This document shows, one piece after another, positions 55,601-64,000 of a stretch of DNA of 64,000 nucleotides; position 1 is the first letter of the stretch; every line of letters starts with the position of its first letter. The DNA is from Candidatus Spongiisociaceae bacterium (lineage in GTDB: Bacteria; Actinomycetota; Acidimicrobiia; Spongiisociales; Spongiisociaceae). Position numbers and translations under genes: made by a program. The notes below the pieces were generated by a model. It was not told the origin of the DNA. It saw nothing but the letters and a program-made list of their open reading frames with translations, and did not search any database. The stretch lies in contig CBDCOH010000002.1 of assembly GCA_965219685.1 (NCBI GenBank), positions 3,008,001-3,072,000 of the forward strand, in the 5' to 3' direction.

Positions 55601-58600
55601 CGCATCGGGTCCACACGCCCAGGACGTGGTACCAGAAGTGGGACTTCAACCGCCCGGTCGTTAGCCAGCGCACGGTTCAGCTGGCGGTTCGCCGTTTGCA
55701 GCAGCGGACAGCACATCCGTCACCGGTAACCAATCACCCCTCATCGTTAGGACCACTTAGTCTATGTGTATTCCCGCGGTCCAGAGAACGGAGGCGGCTG
55801 CTCTTCGATGCCCTTCGTATCGCCTCCGAGTGGATCAAGCTGAGGTTGTTTTGGTTCCGATCGTGTTGCTGTGACAGAGCCTGATGGATGAGGAGCGAGC
55901 GCTTAGGAACGGGTGAGGCGCTTGCCTTTCGTAGGATTCGTCGTCGTGGGCGGGCTACCGATGTTAGTCGTGGGTTGATGATGGTGCTTCCCTTCCCACG
56001 ACTGACGACGTTTCGCTGGTCTGTAGACTCACCGGGACGGAAACGTCGGTGAAGGCTGAGCGGGTACAGTTGAGTTGGTGACGGCGTGGACGTGTCGTGT
56101 GGTTGCTGGTCGGTGGGTAGCGTTGGTGGTGGTGTCGGCTGTTGTCGGAGTTGTGGTGGGGGTAGGGGTTTCTGCACCAGCTGCGGCTGCTGATTCTGGT
56201 TCGGGGTTTTCGGATATTGGTGAGGCTGGGTCTCATCGGGGTTCTGTGGAGGCGTTGGCGGCTGAGGGTGTTCTGGCGGGGACGGAGTGCGCTCCGGAGA
56301 TGTTCTGCCCTGCTGAGCCGGTCCACCGGTGGGTGATGGCGGTCTGGCTGGTTCGGGTGATCGACGGCGCAGACCCCGACCGGTCAGGGGTGTCCCGGTT
56401 CGCGGATGTGGGTGCGGGCGAGTGGTGGGCGCCTCATGTGGAGCGTTTGGCCGAGTTGGGTGTTACTGCTGGTTGCGCTACCGGGCCGTTGCGGTTCTGC
56501 CCGTCCGAGGCTGTTACCCGCGCTCAGATGGCGTCGTTCCTGGTTCGGGCTTTCGGCCTTCCGGAGGGTTCGTCTGGTGAGTTCGCCGACATTGACGGAG
56601 ATGCTCACGCGGCGAATATCGATGCGTTGGCGGCTGCTGGTGTGACATCGGGCTGCTCGACCGATCCGCTCCGATACTGCCCTGGTCGGGATACCACTCG
56701 GGCTCAGATGGCAACGTTTCTGAGCCGTGCTCTGCAGTTTGGTTCGTCCAGACCGGTTGAGACACCGGAGGGTGGGGGGTTCAAAGCGGTTTCGGCTGGT
56801 AATGGTTTCTCGTGCGGGATCCGCGCCGATGGGACGGTTGCCTGCTGGGGTGCGAACTGGAGGGGTCAGGCAACCGCCCCGGAGGGGGAGTTCAGCACGG
56901 TAACCGCTGGCTTTGAGCACTCGTGTGGGGTACGCAGCGACGGGACTGTTGCCTGCTGGGGTGGGAACTGGGCCGGTCAGACCGATGCCCCCGAGGGGAA
57001 GTTCAGCACGGTTTCTGCCGGGTTTGGGCACTCGTGTGGGGTACGCACCGATTGGAGCGTTGTCTGCTGGGGCCAGAACTCCCATGGCCAGACCGACGCT
57101 CCCGCGGGCAAGTTCACCACAGTGTCCGCCGGATGGGCACATTCGTGTGGCGTACGCAGCGACCGCAGCGTTGTCTGCTGGGGAGACAACACCCATGGCC
57201 AGACCGACGCTCCCGGCGGCAAGTTCAGCGCCGTTTCCGCGGGACAGTCGCATTCGTGCGGGATAGGTAGCACTGGAAGGGTTGTCTGCTGGGGTGCGAA
57301 CTGGTGGGGTCAGGCTTCCGCCCCCGGGGGGAGGTTTAGCGCTGTCTCCGCGGGACGATCGCACTCGTGTGCGCTGTTTGATGATGCAACGGTTGCCTGC
57401 TGGGGTACCAATACCGATGGCAGAGCCGACCCACCCGACGGCCAGTTCACCAGCGTGTCCACTGGATGGGCACATTCGTGTGGGCTGTTTGATGATGCAA
57501 CGGTTGCCTGCTGGGGCAACGACAACGATCGCCGAGCCGGCCCGCCCGAAGGTGGGTTCAGGTCGGTATCGGTGGGAGGTGGGCACACATGCGGGATCCG
57601 CACCGATGGGACCGTCGCATGCTGGGGTTACGGCGCCGGTGGGCCTTTCGACCTATCGGACGGCAAGTTCATGAGTCTGGCTGTCGGGTTCGCTCATTCA
57701 TGTGGGATCCGCACCGACGGCACCGTTGCATGCTCGGGAGCCGATGCCGATGGCCGAACAGAGGCTCCGCGAGGAGAGTTCCGGTTGGTATCGGCAGGGT
57801 TTGCTCATTCATGTGGGATCCGCACCGATGGGACGGTCGTCTGCTGGGGCCAGAACTCCGATGGTCAGACCGATGCACCCGAGGGCAAGTTCACCACAGT
57901 GTCCGCCGGATGGGCCCACTCTTGTGGGATCCGCACCGATGGGACGGCTGTCTGCTGGGGTAACAACTGGGCGGGTCGCGCTGACGCTCCTAGCGGGAGT
58001 TTCAACGCTGTATCGGCCGGGAATGGGCATTCGTGTGGGATCCGCACCGATGGGACGGCTGTCTGCTGGGGAATCAACTGGGCGGGTCGCGCTGACGCTC
58101 CTAGCGGGAGTTTCAACGCTGTATCGGCCGGGGATGCGCATTCGTGTGGGATCCGTACCGATCGGACTGTTGTCTGCTGGGGGGACAACACCGACAGCCG
58201 AGCCGACGCACCCGAAGGCAAGTTCAGCGCGGTTGCCGCCGGGTGGGCGCATTCGTGTGGTGTCCGGTCGAGCGGGATCCCAGACTGTTGGGGCCGCGAC
58301 CCGGTTGTCCCGTTTCCCGCCGGTGTGCGACAAGCCGCATGGCCCGGGGGTCCGGACCCGCAGATGTGTCGTCCTAGGGGAGTGGAACGTCACACAGCCG
58401 GTTTCCCCCTCCCAGGCTGGGCGGTGCCGCCTAGCGGGAAACTACGGGTAGCGGTCCTCTTTGTGGACTTCCCCGACGCGGTGGCCCGACACTCCACCCA
58501 GCGCGAAGCCGCCGGGCGGTTGCGGGAGGTCGAAGAGCGCATCGAGCGTTACAGCTACGGAAAACTAGAAGTCGAGTTCGGAGTGCTACATGGCTGGCTG

Positions 58601-59121
58601 CGCGCCCAACATGGCTACAGGCACTACGAGGCTGACTCTGTGGCAGGTGGAGTCCAGATCGAGGCGGACACCGTCAGGGAGGCTGTGCGGCTCGCCGACG
58701 ACCGTTTCGACTTCGCCGGCTACCACCAAGTACTGGTCGTCGCACCCAGTTCACACTTCGGGGGCGGCGTCGCCGTTGACGGAGTCCACACCGATGAGGG
58801 ACCGATCGGCCGAGCGGCCGTGATCAACTCTTACAGACATGACAAGGACACAGACCCCAACGACTGGAGTTATGCTGCAGCTCACGAAATCGTCCACGGA
58901 CTCGGACTGCTAGACCTGTATCCCTTTGACCAGGCGCGGCACCGGCAACCAGCTCCCCCCAGAGACCGCAAATGGGTACCCTCCAGGTTCGGTCTCATGA
59001 ACCTATGGGCCTACTTCCTCACAGACGAAAGAGACCCACGCCTCGCGCTTACTTGGCATTGGCCCGACGGCAACACCACCACCGATCTGAACCGCCCCGG
59101 TTACCCCGGAGACTCGATTAG

Positions 59122-60380
<1,259 letters not shown>

Positions 60381-61061
60381 AACACTCTCCGGCAAACCCG
60401 GGGCGGTTCAATCACAACCTGGGTTCAGTGCTGGCTGAGGAAATGCTGGCGTGGAGTCGCTGGCAACTCGGTTGGCTCGAACCCGACCAAGTCCTGTGTG
60501 TCACCGACAAACACACAACCGTAACCCTGACTCCTGTTGCCGACCCCGGCCGGGGCACAGCAATGGTCGCAATCCCCCTATCCAGGTCCGAAGTCATCGT
60601 CATCGAGAGCCGACACAGGATCGGCTATGACAAGGGCCAAGAATACCAAGCCCCGAACGGGGCGCAGACCACCTTTCCAGCCCTCCTCACCGAGGGCGTC
60701 CTCGTATACACAGTCGACGCCACCCTCGGATCAGGGAACCTACCTGTGAAAGTGGCTGGCGACTCGGGAAACGGACAAGTAGACGACTACCCCATCCTCA
60801 CCCGCGGCCAGAGTGTCACCACCCACGGCTACACCATCACCGTGATCTCTACAACACCCAACACCACGATCACAATCACACAAGAGTGAATCCTCCTGAG
60901 CCGCGCTGAACATCCGTGGGTTAGGTAGGGGCCCTTCGCGTGTGTGGGCGTTGGGCCCCCCTTCCTGTTGTGTTGGTGGGTCCCGGCAGCCGTTTTGTTG
61001 TGGTGGTGGCTGGTGGGGGTCGAGTAGCTGTTTGAGGTTGACCCGCTTTGGTGGACACTAC

Positions 61062-61086
61062 TCTCCGGCAGACCCGGGGCGGTTCA
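61062..61086 (+). mobile_element. Orphan IS3 right IR
   Basis: TCTCCGGCAGACCCGGGGCGGTTCA. Confidence 0.7.
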
Positions 61087-61289
61087 CCCCTTCCAAACCC
61101 GAGTCATCACCCGAATCCCCGACTAGCCCCCATCCCTCCTAGCCGACCGAACCTACCCCCCAAACCGTCCCACAACACCCCGACCCGGAGGGCCGGAGAA
61201 CCCGCCGGCACAGACACCCTACGAACGCGACTACCCCCTCGTCAGATACCCACCTCAGCAACCCATAACGGGGTAGGTCGATCGTCGGG

Positions 61290-61432
61290 GTGGCAGCAGG
61301 ACGGGACCGGTGCCCGCAGCCAGACCCCGGTCCGACCTGTCCGCTCTGGATGTCCATGCCGTGCGCTGCCGCGCCATGCCTGGCGGTGCCATGCCAAGCT
61401 TTCCGTGCCTTGCCAAGCCAAGCCCCGCCTCG
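61290..61432 (-). ncRNA. Putative guide-like ncRNA: GGC-NN pentamer array plus 3' hairpin
   Basis: Lies directly after the stop of the RAMP-like gene; array followed by a GGACCGG/CCGGTCC stem. Confidence 0.65.
61351..61429 (-). repeat. Tandem 5-nt repeat array (constant GGC, variable NN), 16 units
   Basis: GGCgg GGCtt GGCtt GGCaa GGCac GGAa AGCtt GGCat GGCac CGCca GGCat GGCgc GGCag CGCac GGCat GGAca. Confidence 0.9.
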
Positions 61433-62029
61433 CTAGTCGACCGTTTCGATGTTCTCCACTTCGAAGCGTCCGTACTGTCCCGACTTCTGGGGTCGCCAGT
61501 CCCCGATCCCGAGCCGCCGCCCACCGATGTCCAGCCAGGTGAGCAGCTGGTCACGGTCGACGAGTTCGTCGTCCACATCGACGACGAAAGTGACCGCCCA
61601 CCGCTCGAACCGGGCCCGGGTGCGCAACACTCGGCGGCCGTTCACCATCACCCCGGTCGTGAACTGGCAACTACGCGCCAACTCGGCGGCGGTGGTACCC
61701 AGCGACTGGTCGTAGTCGAAGGCCTCGACCGTCTGGACGTTGAGTCCTTCCCGTACTAGCGGTCCCTGGCGGAGTTTTCGGGCGGCGTACTCGATGTTTG
61801 ACCGAAGCGCCGCCGCCGGGACCGTAGGCGCTCCGATCTCGTCGAGGTAAAGCGAAACGAGGCACTCCAACTCCCGGAGGCGGACCTCGTCGGTCTCTGT
61901 CCGGTTACCCGCCCGTTTCTTGGTGATCTCCGCCTTCTCGATGTTGGCAGCCGATCGGGTGTCCAATCCGGCCGCTCCGTTGTTAGTGATGAGGGGGCTA
62001 ACACCCCGAATTGTGATCCGATACCGCAT
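61433..62029 (-). CDS. Solitary Cas7/RAMP-like protein (candidate RNA-guided effector)
   Basis: ITIRGVSPLI (first strand + SPL), PTVPAAALRSNIEYAA (IPGSSLKG-like), GIGDWRPQKSGQYGRFEV (G-rich loop); RBS GGAGGT upstream. Confidence 0.75.
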   Translation of the reverse strand: MRYRITIRGVSPLITNNGAAGLDTRSAANIEKAEITKKRAGNRTETDEVRLRELECLVSLYLDEIGAPTVPAAALRSNIEYAARKLRQGPLVREGLNVQTVEAFDYDQSLGTTAAELARSCQFTTGVMVNGRRVLRTRARFERWAVTFVVDVDDELVDRDQLLTWLDIGGRRLGIGDWRPQKSGQYGRFEVENIETVD

Positions 62030-62391
62030 TCCGCGATCACCTCCCTAAAGCGAGCCACGAACTCATACACGCTGCCCCCAGCCCGACTGAACCGGCGCAG
62101 GCTGGTAGCCAGCCGATGACACAGCGAACACAAACCCACCAGATCCGACGCCACGAGCTTGGGCCGCCCACAGCAGGCGTCGTCCCGCCCGCACGGATAC
62201 ACCAGGGCGCTGTGATGCGCTTCTGCGGCTGCTCGGAGCCCGCAGAAGGAACAGCAGCCCCCGTTACGGGCCAACACGTAGGACCTCAACAGCAGGTACC
62301 TCGGCCCGTACGCATCCCCGCAACGCGCCACGACCGGCTTGTCCGCCCTGGCCGATACACGGTCCGGCGCCGATCCTTGCTCTGTGTTCAC
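61756..62391 (-). CDS. HNH-like Zn-binding endonuclease (domain in the first ~110 aa; tail overlaps the RAMP gene)
   Basis: VLARNGGCCSFC...EAHH...DLVGLCSLCH; RBS GGAGGT upstream. Confidence 0.65.
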   Translation of the reverse strand: MNTEQGSAPDRVSARADKPVVARCGDAYGPRYLLLRSYVLARNGGCCSFCGLRAAAEAHHSALVYPCGRDDACCGRPKLVASDLVGLCSLCHRLATSLRRFSRAGGSVYEFVARFREVIAECGIGSQFGVLAPSSLTTERPDWTPDRLPTSRRRRSPRNGRVTGQRPTRSASGSWSASFRFTSTRSERLRSRRRRFGQTSSTPPENSARDR

Positions 62392-62414
62392 CCGTCGGGA
62401 CCTCCCCGGGCTTC

Positions 62415-62495
62415 ATGGTACCGTAGCCCTATAGGCCTATGGTACCATACCATAGTAAGGGATAGAAGGGATCCGGTGGTTAGGGTCGGTACCAT
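62415..62495. promoter_or_regulatory. Divergent control region with three GGTACC-centred palindromes
   Basis: ATGGTACCGT (62415), TATGGTACCATA (62438), TCGGTACCAT (62486), plus ATAGGCCTAT (62431). Confidence 0.55.
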
Positions 62496-62523
62496 CGGGG
62501 CGTACCCGATCCCCCTTCTCAGT

Positions 62524-62760
62524 GTGAGTGTCCGGCACCCAGACCACAGCGATATCGAGCAGCAGACCCTCCAAGCGTGGGAGACCTATCGGAGGGCTAA
62601 TCGGGCGCGTGTGGAGGCCTCGGCCGCTGTGGACGCGAAACTCGCTGCTGCCCGCTCGGAGGGGGTTTCCATGTATCGGATGGCCAAATGGCTCGGAGTC
62701 ACTGAACGGGCGATCAAGGTACGGCTCGAGAAGTACGACCGAACACACCCCAAGCCCTGA
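62524..62760 (+). CDS. Small HTH DNA-binding protein (start uncertain)
   Basis: AARSEGVSMYRMAKWLGVTERAIKVRL. Confidence 0.7.
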   Translation: MSVRHPDHSDIEQQTLQAWETYRRANRARVEASAAVDAKLAAARSEGVSMYRMAKWLGVTERAIKVRLEKYDRTHPKP

Positions 62761-63494
62761 AGCCCCACCGAGGACAGGCACCACATCTGTAGCGCGTGCC
62801 GTTTCCGGGAGGACACCGTTTTGGACAGCGGCGCGAGGGTTGGTTTGTGCGGGGCGGGAGGCCGCGGATTGTTGTCTGGGTTTTCGTGTAGTGTCTGGTG
62901 GTGTGGGTTAGCGATCCGTCCGGGTCTATGGTGATCGGGTGACGACCCGACGCGACGGCTCCTATCCCGCTGCCCGACCCGGTTTTCCCTATACCGGGCT
63001 CGTTCCGCTGCTGTGAGCTTCCTCGCGGCGGAGATTGCCGCTCTGGGCGGGCTTGCGCAACGTGTCCGTATCCGGTTTCAGTGCCGTCCCAGCCAGGTCC
63101 GACCGAACGGCTTCCTCCGTGTCGAAATGGTCGCTCGCTGTTTCAGCCGGGGTCTGGTTCTGCGAGCGCTCGCCGCTCTTGTGGCCCGCCAGGCCGCTAA
63201 GGGAGTGGCTGCCGGCAGTCGGTTGGCGGGTGGGGGTTGTCCGGGCGCTGGGCTGGGCGTTGTTGTGGGTTGCAGCCGCCGAAGCCTGATCCGGATCGGT
63301 GTCGGAGCGTGGGCCGGGCCGCCACTCCTGGTTGCTGAGGATCGGGACAGTTAGCTGTCGAGGGTGTCTCGAGCGGCTGCTACGGCGTTTCGGGGTTGGT
63401 GAGGGTTGGCGGGGTCGAGCCGGGACCGTCCCAGACCGGTAGTGCCGAACCCGCATGTGCGACGTTCGTGTTTTGGTTGGGGCTGGTGTCGCGG

Positions 63495-64000
63495 TTAGGT
63501 GGGGTGGTCACCCCAGCGTTGGGCGCCGAGGTATTGGCCGGTTGCTAGGTCGTGGTCTTCGAGGGTTTCTATGAGGCGTTCGGTGGGACTGTTGGACCAG
63601 CCGAGCCGGTCTGCGGCTTGTGGGTCGGGGATGTGGGTGTCGGCGTACAGGGCTGCTCGGCAAGCCGCCCACCCGAGCGCTTCTGCCAGCCGTCCGGACG
63701 GTTCGGCACCGTGCCGTGCCGGTAGGGGCCGGGGATGCTCGAACCAGGCCGGAATGGTCTTCTCGTGCCAGACGCTGATCCAGTAGGCACCGGGTGGGGT
63801 GAGGAGGTGTTCGAAGTTGGCGCGGTGCGGCTGGAGCAGGCGGTCACACAGCTCGGAGATGTCATGTCCCCACGTTGTGGTACCGGGAACGGCTGCGAGG
63901 TGGATGAGCGCTCGGATCGAGTCTGCGACCACAGCATGGGCCGCTGCGCACGCCCACAACAGCGCGGTCGAGTACCGGTCGGGGTCTTTGGCCTGTTCTT
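63495..64000 (-). CDS. MNT-HEPN-like paralog, C-terminal part (runs off the right edge)
   Basis: Highly similar to the 29175-31540 product (WACAAAHAVVADSIRALIHL). Confidence 0.8.
   Translation of the reverse strand, partial: EQAKDPDRYSTALLWACAAAHAVVADSIRALIHLAAVPGTTTWGHDISELCDRLLQPHRANFEHLLTPPGAYWISVWHEKTIPAWFEHPRPLPARHGAEPSGRLAEALGWAACRAALYADTHIPDPQAADRLGWSNSPTERLIETLEDHDLATGQYLGAQRWGDHPT

Noticed and set aside
61351-61429. Canonical CRISPR array or simple microsatellite
   Set aside because: No 25-40 bp repeat-spacer structure, and the variation is position-specific rather than random.
61255-61578. ORF running through the pentamer array (GLGLARHGKLGMA...)
   Set aside because: Low-complexity translation of a 5-nt repeat that overlaps the RAMP gene; a non-coding reading fits better.
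62392-62523. Self-target for the gapped NN code in the adjacent promoter
   Set aside because: Manual check matched only two or three dinucleotides; a full computational search is needed.

Overview
High-GC actinobacterial window. The SLH/RCC1 and FN3/cadherin/Calx-beta content suggests an Acidimicrobiia-type, possibly sponge-associated organism (inference). Almost all of it is accessory. It starts with a giant repetitive adhesin (<1-8438) and a tRNA-Lys 3' fragment that looks like an att scar. The island beyond holds four SLH+RCC1-repeat surface proteins, defence-like genes (GHKL ATPase-nuclease/Vsr/C5-MTase, a STAND ATPase, PD-(D/E)XK proteins, MNT-HEPN) and many IS elements (IS110, IS3, ISL3, IS1380, IS1634). 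Two observations stand out. (1) At 61.3-62.8 kb a solitary Cas7/RAMP-like gene is followed directly by a non-coding array of GGC-NN pentamers and a hairpin, with an HNH-like gene upstream and a divergent HTH regulator. This is a candidate non-CRISPR RNA-guided system. (2) Four IS110 elements have bridge-RNA guide segments that can be read from the sequence and match their insertion sites. Every target is another mobile element: an IS3 IR, an ISL3 IR, an IS110 right end and another IS110's bridge RNA. All calls come from motif reading by eye; no searches were run.
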